Below, in pieces: positions 50,034 to 62,700 of a DNA stretch of 64,000 nucleotides (positions within the stretch are counted from its first letter, which is position 1; every line of letters starts with the position of its first letter). The DNA is from a phage. The notes under the pieces were generated by a model. The model saw only the letters and a program-made list of their open reading frames with translations, ran no database searches and was not told where the DNA came from. The stretch lies in the NCBI GenBank assembly GCA_024613925.1, contig GCA_024613925.1_4713.1. One strand, written 5' to 3'. A program made the translations under genes and the position numbers.

Positions 50034-51143
50034 TTATTTAGCGTCGTTAAAGTAAATATCAACAGCTCGTTCCGTTGCGTAGAGGAGACCAAGATTCACA
50101 GTCCCAACCACTTCCGGTGAACCGATGATACGGTTAGCGATACTGGTGCCACTGAAGATAGCATCAAGGGTGTGCCCGTCTTCGGTTTTGTTCACACCAT
50201 GACCCACGGAAGAGACAACGGATTTCGCTTGTGCTGCGAAGGTACCTTTATCACCCATCCCCGCACCAAGGTCGTAACGCATGAAAATACGGATAGCGAT
50301 CTGGTTCTCGCCTAACGGATTGCCGTCTATTCTCACGTTACTATTGTTGATACGCCCTGTTGCTGCCTCGTTGAGTTTCAGTTCCTTAACGCGTTTAGCT
50401 CGCGCTTTATCCGCTTCACCGACGAGCGCCGCCATGGTTTCACTCATATCCTCAATCTGAGCACGGTACAGTACATCGATCTGTACAACTTCACCATGAA
50501 CGTCAGCACGTGGGTTATACTGACTCATACGACGTAATGCTTCAACGGCTTCCTGACTCTCATCACTCAGATCGGTTGCAATCGGTTCTTCCAGTGTTGC
50601 AAGAATCGTTCGTGGTTCAACGTGATCACCGATTTTCACAAGACCACGAATATTGAGATGGGCGTCAACGATGAGCGTACGGCTCTTAATCGATGGTGTT
50701 ACGAGACGATCGGCAAGATTGTCGAAGATATACGAACTGTCCTCGTGCGTCTCTGGAATATCCAGAATACCGACAAGAGACAGCACACCTGCGCGCCAAA
50801 CAACCTGGCCTGGGTTCCACCAATCGCGTTTGAAATAAAGACGATGGAAAACCACCACATCCTGATCCTTAACGCGATCCCCGACTTTATAATCGGTAAT
50901 GAGATCGTGAGGATAATACTTACCTGGCCCTTTCCCGATTATCGTACCGAGCTGGAAAACCTCTTCCCCTAACTCTGGATCGTCGTATTGTATCGTAAGC
51001 GCAGTTTTGGTGACCTTCTTAACAACACCATCGCCTTGGGCGGCGGCCGCGAAGAGTTTACCAACACGATGCGCGATAACAGTCTCACCGCCGGTGCGCC
51101 ACGGTTGTACATCGTAACCCTCAGCGGCAATCATGCGGTTGTG
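50034..51143 (-). CDS. RNA polymerase beta subunit (virion RNAP candidate), proposed exon 2
   Basis: Track ORF 50034..51164 starts at TTG with no RBS; from HNRMIAAEG it resembles beta ANRALMGANMQRQ, then TGGETVIAHRVGKLFAAAAQGDGVVKKV vs [26 protein letters not shown], and GDKGTFAAQAKSVVS vs GDKMAGRHGNKGVIS (E. coli beta recalled). Confidence 0.5.
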   Translation of the reverse strand, partial: HNRMIAAEGYDVQPWRTGGETVIAHRVGKLFAAAAQGDGVVKKVTKTALTIQYDDPELGEEVFQLGTIIGKGPGKYYPHDLITDYKVGDRVKDQDVVVFHRLYFKRDWWNPGQVVWRAGVLSLVGILDIPETHEDSSYIFDNLADRLVTPSIKSRTLIVDAHLNIRGLVKIGDHVEPRTILATLEEPIATDLSDESQEAVEALRRMSQYNPRADVHGEVVQIDVLYRAQIEDMSETMAALVGEADKARAKRVKELKLNEAATGRINNSNVRIDGNPLGENQIAIRIFMRYDLGAGMGDKGTFAAQAKSVVSSVGHGVNKTEDGHTLDAIFSGTSIANRIIGSPEVVGTVNLGLLYATERAVDIYFNDAK

Positions 51144-51656
51144 CTGTATACCTATAAATACCAATCTCTTGGGCGAATTTAGTTCTTATTCAACATAATC
51201 GTACTATTACCAGAATAAGACTGAGATTAGATTGTTCAGATAAGGTCGTTAATCTTATCCCGGAGGCGACGATAGGCACATCACCTCCCGCTTGCGCTCT
51301 CACGCAAGAGCAGACTATATCACATCTCGTTTCAAACGGTGCTTCTTCAGCACCTCAACGAGAGTTCACTTCTTCCCAGCGCATCCAGCGCCATTCTCTT
51401 ATCCAAGGAGAATGCCTCACTCGAGGGGTACAGGGGGATGAATCCCTTAGTCGTTGAACCTTTACCTTAGAACGCTTCACAGCGATCCTTAGGTACTTGG
51501 CTGCGGATTGTCCTTAAGCTATTATCTGTTTTTATAACCATACCGTCTTTCTTTTCAGAATCCGTTTTGGTCGATAACAGCGATGGATGTCTTCGCAATT
51601 CAGTGAATCTCATCTACATGTCGCCACATAGACGGACCCTGCTATTAAAAGCGTTA
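51144..51656 (-). ncRNA. candidate group I intron in RNAP beta gene, inserted at conserved HDD/ANR motif
   Basis: 513 nt with no ORF; minus-strand P AAUUGCGAAGACAUCC (~51583-51602), Q AAUCCGCAGCC (~51495-51513), R GUUCAACGACUAAGG (~51436-51466), S GUGAUAUAGUCUG (~51305-51326) in order; UUGCG/CGCAG and GACUA/UAGUC complementary; exon 1 ends in U followed by UAA; G precedes exon 2; splice keeps frame (..DRDD-HNRM..); P1 pairing not identified. Confidence 0.5.
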
Positions 51657-54600
51657 ATCATCTCTATCAGCAGCAGGTACTGCAAGCGCCGACGTACTCA
51701 TTATTGACGAGCTACCATCCGTTTTCTCGTCGTAAGGTTTCGTTTCACCGTATACAGACACAATGTTTGCGTTAGGTGCGAGGTAAGCAGAAATACCTAC
51801 GTCCCCACTATCCTTCGTACCTTCGGATACAACACCAATGTCCGACTTGTCGTATTCACGATCGCGTGCGCGTCGAAGCGATGTCTTTGAACGACCCCCG
51901 ATACCGGTCATCGTCGCTTCTTCACCCTGCTTGATATCCAGCATCGGGTTGGTTTCATCGATTACGATGGAAGCGCTGTCGTCGAGAATCTGGTTCCAGA
52001 CGCTTACCGGACTGATTGAGATTTTCTGGCGGTTTCCTTGACTGCTGTTCTCATTCTGACGAATAGCGCCAACCAGATCCTTATACACCAACTCAGCGAA
52101 CTTATCGTACGTTTTAAAACGTTGGTAGTTCACATCGTTCGTGTTAGGTGCCCAATCATCCAGAAGCAGTTCGACGGCACGCAGTAACAACATGGCGAAA
52201 TCGGTAGGTTCTCCCATGTTCTGCAGCAACGTACGGCTTACCGGATCAACGAAAAGACGCTCCATGAGTTCAAGTTCGCGTAAATGGCGAACCTTAAGTC
52301 CAGCCCCATCGACAACGTTAAAATAGATATCTCGATTGTCAAAAGCGCCGCGAGCGTAACCAATGTAGTTACGGTATTCGTTAAACCCACCCAGCAACAA
52401 CGTCGTCATGCGATCGTCTTTACTGAAGATCAGACTTTCGTCGTCAAAGCTCACCGCGAATTCATCGGGTGCTAACCCCATACGAGAGCCGCGAGGTACC
52501 GTACGATAGTTCGCTTTAAGATGTTCTAATAACGGGGTAAGCCCACCCAGATAACTTAGAACAACACCGACCGGAATACGTACACCCATGAATTCAAGAT
52601 CGGCGGCTTCGATCGGCATCTTAGCCGCATTGATACCGAAGAAATCAGGGAACGTCCCTACAGGTGTTGGTGTTTGTCCTGACTGACAGATATAGAGCTG
52701 ATTGCGTTTATCGATTGCTAAGAATTCACCCAGCGTGTTACGCGCAAACGTCAGGAGTCCTTCGGCTAACTGTTCGTTGAACCGATCTTCCCCAATGAAC
52801 TCCGGCAATGTCTTTGTATCGAGACGTATATCCCAATCAGCAAATTGGATTTGGGTATAGTTGCGTGCAAGCACAGCGAAGTAATACGGAACTTTGACAG
52901 CTGGATCAAAGACGTTACCACGTTTCAACGTGGTTAAGGGTGAGGACTTATCGTAATACATCGCCGTAAGTTGACGTGTTAGCCAACGACCCGCATTATT
53001 AACGACACGCTCTGAACGTTTAACAAACACCTTACCGTAGGCGGTACTCAACGCAACTTCAGATGACGATACCTTTCTAATAGGTTTATCAACACGTTGT
53101 TTACGCATCCGGTATTTGATGCCGTTAACGACATAAATGCCGTCCTTACGAACCTTCGGCAACATCACCGGGAACGTGGTCGGGACACCGCCTACAGGAG
53201 CCAGTTTAATCGTGATGACTTGATAATCCCCCATCACGTCAACAACATCTTCAACTTTATATCCCGTGACAGGGTAACCTGCCTGCTGTACCGCAACGAC
53301 GGCAGCTGCGATGTCCTTTTGCATTACGTGTTCAACGTAATGTTTATCCCACACCGCAAGCGTCGATTTACACAGGCTCTTATCGACGATAACATCCGCT
53401 TCCGGCATAACCTTTGCAGGCGCTAATTTTGCGGCTTTTGGTTTAACTTCAACATACTCAGCAAGTGTTAATCCAGAACCGTCGGGTGCTTCGATTTCAT
53501 GGATGGCGTCAGCATTACGCATCGCTGCTTTATATTGGACACCGCTTAACTGACCCGCATCCGCCAGATCGCTCGCGCGTACCAACACCGCATCCGATAA
53601 CGACTGAATATATTCGCCATGCGTTTTCGGTAACGTTGCCGCGTCAAAGACATCAACCTTTTCTTCTTCGGTATCGTCGGTAACGACTTCGAAGAGATCG
53701 TCGGTAATGTCCTGATCTTCATCGGGCTGGAAATCTGGTTGTACTTCTACCCCGGGTACTTCACGGACATCTTCGAACGAGCGTTCTACAATGGCGTTCC
53801 ACGCATCGGCATCATCGTCTTCATCCGACCCACCGACCAACTCCGCTTCTAACTCGTCGGGATCAAGAACGGTAGCGAGATCCTCACCGTTAGGAAGCAC
53901 GACGTCGCGATCATCATACTCCGCATCCGGGCTGTCCGCAAGAATATCTCGCTCTTGACGAAGAACCTGTTCCTCTTCTTGTTTCTGTTCTTCTTCATTC
54001 GCGCTCTGCGACCACAGACGTGTTACCGCCATCATCCAACGACGTTGGAAGGTTTCAAGTGTCGTTTTATCGAGTTCTTCCCCTTCCTTCACAAGTCCGG
54101 TACGCCATTCTTCCAGCAGGCCGAGATTCAGCGTAAAGAAGTACACACCGTCTGTAAATACGATGTTAAGCTTATCCAGCGTGGCTCTGTCTAACGAAGC
54201 CATCGTGCTGTTCTCACGATCGGTTCCCAACCAGCGGAAGAAGTCAAAGAACGACAGCTCCTCCGGTGTGGCGAAATTCATGAGGTTATTACGGGTCGGT
54301 GCCTGTTGCGTGGTACGCATCAACGAAATCTTCGGCAATGTTGACGGTATACGGAACAACAAAAAGTGTTGGCGATCGCTTTGCTGTGCGATTTCGTTGG
54401 CTTTCGACCAAATTGTTTTACGTACGTTGAACCATTCATCATACCAACGGGTGAGCGTTGGACGATAAATGTACATGTGGTTAAGATGCGCGTAGTTAGC
54501 AACGATCTGAGCGTTGATGTTTTTCTCCACCGTGCTTAGATCGGTAACCAAACGAAAACGACGATGTGATGCACGATAATCCAATTTCGCTCGTGGGAGT

Positions 54601-54863
54601 TGGAATCGTTGATCACGTCGAGGTGCACCCTGTTTGGTTGCGAGATCATCAGCAAACGAAATCCATAGTTGAGCACTTTCTTTACTCAGCATGTATTCGT
54701 TTTCTGGAGGACCTATCAATGAAGGATCCGTTGCGGTGTAATGATAGACAGCATAACGCGGCAGCTGCAATAGCTGCACTAAACGTAATCTTGGTGATAG
54801 TAACTCTTGGTAGCGTCTGACACCAAACTGTCGGTAGTAATCAAGGTATTTAAGTTTTGCCAT
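51657..54863 (-). CDS. RNA polymerase beta subunit (virion RNAP candidate), exon 1
   Basis: 1069 aa; C-terminal DETNPMLDIKQGEEATMTGIGGRS resembles beta Rif-region [24 protein letters not shown]; ends ..SALAVPAADRDD like ..ASLIPFLEHDD; AGLKVRHLRELELMERL resembles VGLVRVERAVKERL; GGAG RBS; long acidic insert. Confidence 0.5.
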
Positions 54864-54866
54864 GGG

Positions 54867-56513
54867 TTAGGCTCCACGAGGTCCCGTTAAGTTGCGTAAT
54901 AGGAACGCAACCGTATCGTAACCAATATCAATGTTGAATTTATTTTTACCACTTACCCAGAAAGCTCGCTTCTTGTGCGAGTTGGTAATTTCGTCAATAG
55001 CTTCCATGGAATAAAGAACGTTAACCGAGACCGTATCACCGTCGAAGTCCGCCCCGAGGCCAGCTAGAAACACCTGGCCGACTTGGGTCGTTTCTACAAA
55101 TGACGCTTTCAATGACCAATCTGGGTATTCCCATGCCATATACCGATCGCCTTCTAACGGTTGCCAATCGACACCGAGTTCTCTTCTTGGCTTCGTGTTA
55201 ACTGTCGTCCGCACATAGCAGGTTAACGGTATAACTGATTGCATTCCCGATACTGGATAACGTGTCACCATCGCACCGAGTTTATTCCAAAGATGATAAC
55301 CGCTCAGATAAACCAATTCGCAGTATGTAACCGGATGAACATTAGCGCCAGGTTTGTTCAGCATCTCTGGGGGTATTTCACTCATGCCACGGAATAACCG
55401 AAACGAATCGTTGTTCACATAGACGAGGCAAAGATAACGCCCATTAACCATGATAGGTTCGTTACGCACACCAGGATCGCTTAGCGTGTTCAGTAAACGT
55501 TCGATACCGTCCCACGTTGTAAAGTCATCGATGGTATCTGGGTCTAACGTGACGCGTTCACGTTCCATCGTTTCGGTATCGATAAGCTCAGCTTCAGTAA
55601 CATCACGAACAAATATTTCCTGCAAAATCCCCGTACGTAATGCGTGCTGTGTGATAGGAAGAGCAGCCTTGCTCATCTGATATAGACCAAGTTGTACTGA
55701 TGTACACGAAGTCTGGTTCGGTGAGCCGAGAACCTCTGTAGTTGGGATGACAGCCGAAATAACGTTACGGGTTGAGTTCCAAACGCGACGTGAACCGAAC
55801 TTCCCTTGGAAGATCCCTTTCTTACCTTGGAACATATCCAACAACAAAGCGTAGATATCGTTGAATGTTCTCTGTAAGCTCCAGCGCTGGCCGTCGTAAA
55901 CGGGATCGGAATAATCTTTTAATCCATCAGGGACGGTGTTAGAAATTGCAAGGAAACGACGATACAACTCCGTGATTTCTTGCTCGCTTTCATACCCGCC
56001 TTCTTTTACTTCTATTTCACGTAAGCCTGCAGGTAATACCAGTAAGTGACGGGTCATCGCTTTGAACATGTTCTCTTCGACAACTTTAATTCGTAGCTCT
56101 CGTTGAGCTGAACCCGTTGAAACGAACTTGATATCCGCGACGTGTTGTGCAAAGAACCCGTATCCTGTTTGTCCTGTTAACGCATCAGACGCAACGAAGT
56201 CGCGTTGTTCAGGATCCCAACGAGCATACGCCTTTCCCGACATGATATCACCATAGAGGTGTTTTAGTCGAATGAGGCGGTCGTAAATGACAGGGTGCAG
56301 GATTTCAACCTTGCATTCAATCACCGCAAATCGACGGTCTCGATCTTCACTACCTGCACTACCAAAGATGGTGTAAGAATAGAAACCATCATCGTGGAAA
56401 TTACCGGTGCTTGGGTCACGAATGCTCATGCTCGTGATCTTGGGGAGAAAACGTAACTGCTGTTTATCGAGGTGTAAAATACTAATGTTAAACGGCTCTC
56501 TGACTTTAGCCAT
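54867..56513 (-). CDS. RNA polymerase beta-prime N-terminal fragment (virion RNAP candidate)
   Basis: Contains intact catalytic motif GADFDGDTVSV (NADFDGD family) and GKKGIFQGKFGSRRVWNSTRNVISAVIP matching [24 protein letters not shown]; track ORF trimmed to ATG (MAKVRE..) with GGAG 8 nt upstream; adjacent and divergent to giant lysozyme-domain gene as phiKZ gp180/gp181. Confidence 0.6.
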   Translation of the reverse strand: MAKVREPFNISILHLDKQQLRFLPKITSMSIRDPSTGNFHDDGFYSYTIFGSAGSEDRDRRFAVIECKVEILHPVIYDRLIRLKHLYGDIMSGKAYARWDPEQRDFVASDALTGQTGYGFFAQHVADIKFVSTGSAQRELRIKVVEENMFKAMTRHLLVLPAGLREIEVKEGGYESEQEITELYRRFLAISNTVPDGLKDYSDPVYDGQRWSLQRTFNDIYALLLDMFQGKKGIFQGKFGSRRVWNSTRNVISAVIPTTEVLGSPNQTSCTSVQLGLYQMSKAALPITQHALRTGILQEIFVRDVTEAELIDTETMERERVTLDPDTIDDFTTWDGIERLLNTLSDPGVRNEPIMVNGRYLCLVYVNNDSFRLFRGMSEIPPEMLNKPGANVHPVTYCELVYLSGYHLWNKLGAMVTRYPVSGMQSVIPLTCYVRTTVNTKPRRELGVDWQPLEGDRYMAWEYPDWSLKASFVETTQVGQVFLAGLGADFDGDTVSVNVLYSMEAIDEITNSHKKRAFWVSGKNKFNIDIGYDTVAFLLRNLTGPRGA

Positions 56514-56758
56514 GGAGACACTCCTCTTTACCACCACCGGCTGCGGCGGTATCATCTGAACACACGAGAGACGTAATGGGTGATGGCGTCACCCATCGCT
56601 TCCTTGCCTGATGCCAGGAAGTTATTAGGTTACGTGCCTGCTTGATAAAATCAAGCAGGCGATGTGTGAAGTTACGCTTCAACATTATCAATGCCGAAGG
56701 TAAGCTTCGTGCATCACGTTCCAACGTAACATGGGAACGTATCGAACTGGAGGTATAC

Positions 56759-59700
56759 ATGGTAGATAAAACCCGTGTTGAGGGTGATGATAATTGGGAT
56801 AACTGGGATGATGACTTCTCCCTGGATCTCGATTTTGATGAGCCTAAAGACGATCGTAAGCCAATAACACGCTTTGCGGTAGGGGCGGTTAAAGGTGCTG
56901 CTGAGGATCTTACTTCCTACGAAAGAATGAAGGAGATCGCCAGAAACGCATTGCCTAAGGGCTACAGCGACGGTATGGATCTTATTGATTCCGCCGTCGG
57001 ATCCACGAAGGAACTATACAATGAAGCCGTTCGTGACGTTCTTCCTAAGGTCCAAAGCTCAAAACGGTTAGCAGCACAACTAACCAAGAAATACCGTGCG
57101 AGCATGCCCGATTTCTCGAAGAAAATTCTCGAGCAATGGGAGCGAGAAGCCAAGGAAGAAGACGAACGTAAACAGGCTGAAGCAGAACTCAAGCAACGCA
57201 TGGCGAGCGCGGGAGATAATGAAATCGCCCGTAAGGTTGCCGAAGCGTTAGGCGAATCAGCAAACCAAAGCGCGGATCAGTTTGCCGAACAGCAAGCAAA
57301 AGAAAGTATCCGTGACGATATCGCTGACAAACGGTACGCTGTAACCAACAAACAAATGAGTGCGATGCAAGAAGGCGTCGCCAAGATGGTTGGTTTCAAC
57401 AATGAATTCGCTGCGCGCTACATGCGTAAAAGCCTGGAACTGAAATATCGTTCCTTAGCGATTCAACGTGCAAGTTTTGATCAGCATAAAAAGTTAGCCG
57501 AAGTCTATATCGGTTTATTACAAAACATCCAGAAGAACACGGCTTTACCTGATGCGGCTAAAGCGAAAATGTCGGAAGAATTCCGTCGTAGTGCATACCA
57601 ACGTTTCTTTGGTAATACGTTAGATGCGATGAGTTCTTTCGAGAACCGTTTCTTTGCCGATGTTAAGAAAAACCTATCCAGGAACATCGTCGGAGCTTTA
57701 TCGGGATTCGCTGAAAGCAGTCGAGACGCACTGTCTGGCCTCGCCGAAGTGAAAGACGGTATGTCCATGATGGATGGAATTGGTTCGGAAGGCGATATAA
57801 AGGAGATGAAGGGGAGAATGCTGGGCCAGCTTATCGGCACGGCAGTAACCCCATGGCTTGCCGAGAAAGGATCGACAGCACTACGTGATTTTGCAAAACG
57901 CCATCCTAACTCAAAAATCGCATCCGCAATAAAAACCATTGATGCTGGTGGCGATGCGGCCGCATTTACCAGTCGTAACATCGGTAAAATTCTTCAAGAG
58001 GACATTCGGAAAAACCAGTTTAATCTCAGCGATCCGTGGTATAAACGTTTCTTACGGGATACCGGAAGCATGATGTTCAACATGGACACCGGACGTAACT
58101 TCCGTGTGATGAACGACACCGCTGAAACACTGGCGGAGCAAACGTCTTTCGACGGTTTAACTTACCGCAGCATCAATGAAGTTATTCCTGGTTTTCTTGC
58201 ACGCATTCTGAAAAGCAGTGAAGGCATCCGTACGGGAAACAGCGATCCTGACTACGAGGTCTATGACAGCATCAGCGGGCAATTCGTGGCTCAGCGCACG
58301 CGTGAACAAAGCGTCAATGACACGCTGTTTAACAAACGTACATTTGGTTATTACGCCAGCCGTTTCAACGAGGTTATCTCGGTCATCGATCCCGATAAGA
58401 AATTATCGGATAACGCAAGAAAAGGATTAGCAAAACAGCTAGCTCGTGACAGCGACGCAAACATTGCATTCGACCCGGCTCGTTTTACGGATGAAAGCAA
58501 CTTCGATCGTAGTATCGACCGTGACGCTATTAAGGAACTTTCTAATTACTTCCGTAACCGTTACGGTATCGACTACGTACCCGATGAAAAAGGACAACGC
58601 CATCAGGTCATTGGAAACCGCGGGCAATATTACACGGAACGTAACCGAGCTGACCTTCGCTACGGTAATTTGAAATCGTTACAACCGGATATCCAGCGTA
58701 ACCTTAACCTACTGAAACGTACTGGTGACGTCCAATATCTGGAACGGATTGGGATTGTAACGAGAAATAGCGACGGAAGCTACTCGGTTAATCACGATCG
58801 GTATTTCTCTGAAATCGATCGATACATCGACCGACCGGAGTACGCTGAACGCAGTGATGTTAATACGCGATTAACCGCTCAGGAAACAAGAGCGCTGGCG
58901 CTGGGTTATCGTGACGCAAAACCATCAGTTGATGACGTGCAAAATGCGGGTCGGCCACACATCGATCGTAAGGCTGTTGGAACAGTAACCGTTGATGAAA
59001 ACATCGGTTACGATAAATGGTGGAACGACACAGGTGTTATCACCACATCGCTTGAAGAACAGAATCGAGCGTGGCAAGAGCTTTATCTCGAAGCGTTATC
59101 TGAAGCATCCGAACAACGTACTGAAATGCTTGCGTTGCTGAAAGCCATTTCTGAGAAAGACTGGTCTAATAACGTTTCGTTGGATGGCGAAGATGTACCT
59201 GAAGGTGCGGCACCCATTTCATTTATCGATCGCGCCAAACAAAAACTCGGTGCACGCAACCTCTTTAAAGGCGGTCGTAATCTCCTCTGGAAAGGAATTA
59301 AAAATACCGCACGTCTGGGTGTTAAAGGCGCACGCTGGGGTGCAGAACGCACGTTGGGCAGTTTGGTAAATTCTGGCCGACGCATTATCAATTTCAACCG
59401 TTTTGTGTTCGGTGCATTATCCAAGGTTGATCAGGTTCCGTTTGACATTTACGTTAAAGGGGAATCCCAGCCACGCATATTGGCTGCCAAACTTCGTCAG
59501 GGGTTATACTTCGACGAAGCGACAGGAAAAGCTGTAAAACGGATGAAGGATATCAAAGGTCCACTCGTTGATGCGGATGGAAATATCGTAATCAGTAACG
59601 AGGATATCGAGAAAGGGTTGGTCACTCGCGCTGGTCGTGCCTTTGAGAATTCAGGACTTAAGGCGTGGGCACGTGAAGGTCTTAATGGAATCACAACGGT

Positions 59701-62700
59701 ATTAAGTCTGCCACGGATGTTAAAACGCGGTGCGGTCGAGATCTACAAACAGCTTGACAAAACACCCGACGTTTACGTCAAGGGAGAATCAACGCCTCGT
59801 CTGTTGTCCACGGTGTTAGCAGCGGGTGGGTATTTCCGTCGGTCGGATGGACAAGTCATCAAAAATCTTGAAGACATCGATGGTGATGTTGTTGATGCAC
59901 AAGGTAACGTCGTACTTACGCTTGCCGATATGCAGAAAGGACTTGTCGATAAATACGGTAAAGCGGTTCGTCGCTTAAAAGAAAAGCTCATCAACTTCGG
60001 TGTAAAAGCTTTTACGTTACCGTTAACGCTGCTGCGTAAGACGAAGGACATCCTTAAAGCCCTTCCAGGTAAAACCGTTAACGGTCTACGACGGATGGGA
60101 TTAAATTTCCAATCACCTGACGCATTACTGGTGGGAACAACGTCGAGCATGGTAGATCGTCTCGATGCGATTTATAAGCTCCTCGACCAGCGTATGCCGG
60201 GAGGCGATAAGGATTACCGCGATTGGAATGGCGATGGTGTTCGAGAAGGATCGTTGGAAGACCTGAAACGTAAGCGCGCGGCCAAGGAAAACGGTAAGGA
60301 TGACACCGGCAAAGATTCCGGTAAAGGAGAAGAAAAGGAGAAGAAACGAGGATTACTCGGAAGCCTTTTCGATATGCTTGGCGATACCGCATTAGGTAAA
60401 CGACTCATGGCGAGTCCGCTTGGAAAAATTCTAGGTGGTCTTGGGGCGGTGTTAAGCGGCGGAGCATCGTTAACCGGATTGTTGGGTAAGGGTCTCATTA
60501 GTGGAACCGGCGCGCTAGTCAAGGGAGGACTAAGTGTGGCAGGATGGTTAGGACGTGGTGCGTTAATGGCGGGCGGGGCCGCATTGAACGCCGTTGGTGG
60601 GTTATCGGGATTAGGTGCATTCCTCATCTCACCTGTTGGGCTTGCTATTGCAGGTGGTGCATTGGCTGCTTATGCTGGATGGAAGATCTATCAGCATTTC
60701 GCCGAGAAGCCTGACCCGATGCAGAAGCTCCGTCTTATTGCATACGGTGCAAAAGGGGACGATAAAGACTTCAATAAGAAGCTGCTTGCGACAGAAACAT
60801 ACCTCACCGACCATGTGGTTATGACCGGGGATACCATCGGATTCGATCCGAAAGCCGATTCTGAAAAGATTCTCGAAATCTGGGAATTGTCCCTGGAAGA
60901 TTCCGACCGAATGAACGAATGGAAACGCTGGTATCTGCATCGTTTTATTCCTGTTTTCGCTCGCGCGTACAAACTCTGGAAAGAGCATATGCCGGACGAG
61001 AAGAAATACATGGAAATGGATAAATATCCAAACGGTGAGAACAAAGTGAAATGGTCGGAAGCGTTTATCTGGCCTTCCGATAGTCCTGACGGTCCGTATT
61101 ACGTCGAAGCTAACCCGTTGGGTTCTTCTGGTGCGACGCGTTATATTGCTGGTCAAGACGTCAAAACCTTGATGCTGAAACAACTCGAAGCCATCAAGAA
61201 AGAGTACCAGAATCAGATCAAACAATACACTCATGATGAGGCTATTGCTGATTGGTCACGGATGTCTGACACACAACGTAAATCCGTTGCGCCTAACGCA
61301 TTACGCGGTCAGAAAGCGTCGTTACGTTTTAACGATAAGCGTTACAACAGCGCTGGCGCTAAAGGACGACAGAAGCTTGACGCAACCGCCGTTATTGAAA
61401 GCGTAGACCGCCGTGGTAGGAAATGGGTTGCTGGTGGATACATCGATGAACTCACCAGTCTCCGTGTTCGCGCGTACGGTATCAAGGTTCCGTTGTTAAG
61501 TCAGATAAAAGTGCTGATGGAACTTGAAGACGCCGTAGAACCCGGCGTTGTCGCTGAAGGTAAAGGTGTTAAATACGGTGGCGATCTTGTTGCGCTCTAC
61601 AAGAAATTCGCGACGAAGTTCGGAAGAGACGTTAACAGCAAGCGGGATCAGGATATCTGGTTTGCTTGGATGAATAACCGTTTCCTACCCGTCTTTTTAA
61701 CCTACTACCAACAAGTTAGCGAAATGGGCGGTCAAGGTCTTCTGTCCGACGTGGTACAGAACCTGAAAGACAGCCAACGTTGGGAAATCGGTGAAGCACT
61801 TGTCGCAACGCAATACCGTGATGAGAAAGGTACACTGCAGCCTGTATGGTCCTGGAATAGTTGTGGTTTCTCCGGTACTGAAGCTAACACCATCAGCAGT
61901 TCAACAAAGAGCCAACTCGATCTGTTAAAAGAATATGCGGATAAAGAGAAGGTTCGTGAGAAGAACGCGGAAGCATCGCAAGAGGATACCGATAAATTAT
62001 CGAAGATCCAAGAGCTGATGATGAAGCAGGCTGGGTACGAGAAGAAAGACGGTGTCTGGCAGAAGAAATCTCGCATTACCGGCGGGATGAGTAACTCCGA
62101 AGCGAATTACAACCCCAGTGGGAATAGGGTGGGTGAAAGCAGCTTTACGGCTTCGGCTACCTCCAATGCGGGATTAGGGTCAACCGGCGATGTTACTGGA
62201 TTGCCTAACATGGGCTTACAGAAACCTGCAACGGGACCAGGTCCTGAAGCTGGACGTCGTGCGCTTGTTAAATCCGCTGTAAAACGCGGCATTACCGATC
62301 CAATGGAAATGGCGATGTTCCTTGCGAATATCGAACATGAATCGGGGAACTACACTCACGTACGTGAGGGGAACTATAAGACACCAGAGCGTCTTAAACA
62401 GGTCTTCCCTTACAAATTCCGTGATGTGCAGGATGCCGCACAGACGATCAGCATGGGGCCGGAAGCGGTATTCGAACGTGTGTACGGTAATCGTAAAGAT
62501 CTCGGAAACACACAGAAAGGGGACGGGGCGAAGTATTTAGGGCGTGGCTTCATTCAGGTTACCGGTAAAGCTAACTACGCTCGTTTGTCTAAGACCTTGA
62601 ATAAGGATCTTGTCAGCGATCCGACCTACCTGGAAACGCCGGAAGGTGCAGCGGAAGGTAGTGTTGCATGGTGGCTCAACCGAGGTAACGTATTACGCGA

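Noticed and set aside
51654-54863. Bridge-helix-like (NNAGRWLTRQL) and trigger-loop-like (MTGIGGRSK) matches that initially suggested the 1069-aa ORF was a beta-prime C-terminal half
   Set aside because: The C-terminal region matches the beta Rif region far better, and the downstream ORF continues beta exactly where the bacterial sequence would; the beta-prime-like strings were treated as coincidental
56642-56758. N-terminal 39 codons of the giant-protein track ORF (TTG start) and similar track N-terminal extensions (e.g. 4553..4687, 6417..6452, 9212..9301, 56514..56555)
   Set aside because: Extensions begin at non-ATG codons or lack a Shine-Dalgarno sequence, while an internal ATG with a strong RBS is present; the extension at 56642 also overlaps a perfect palindrome
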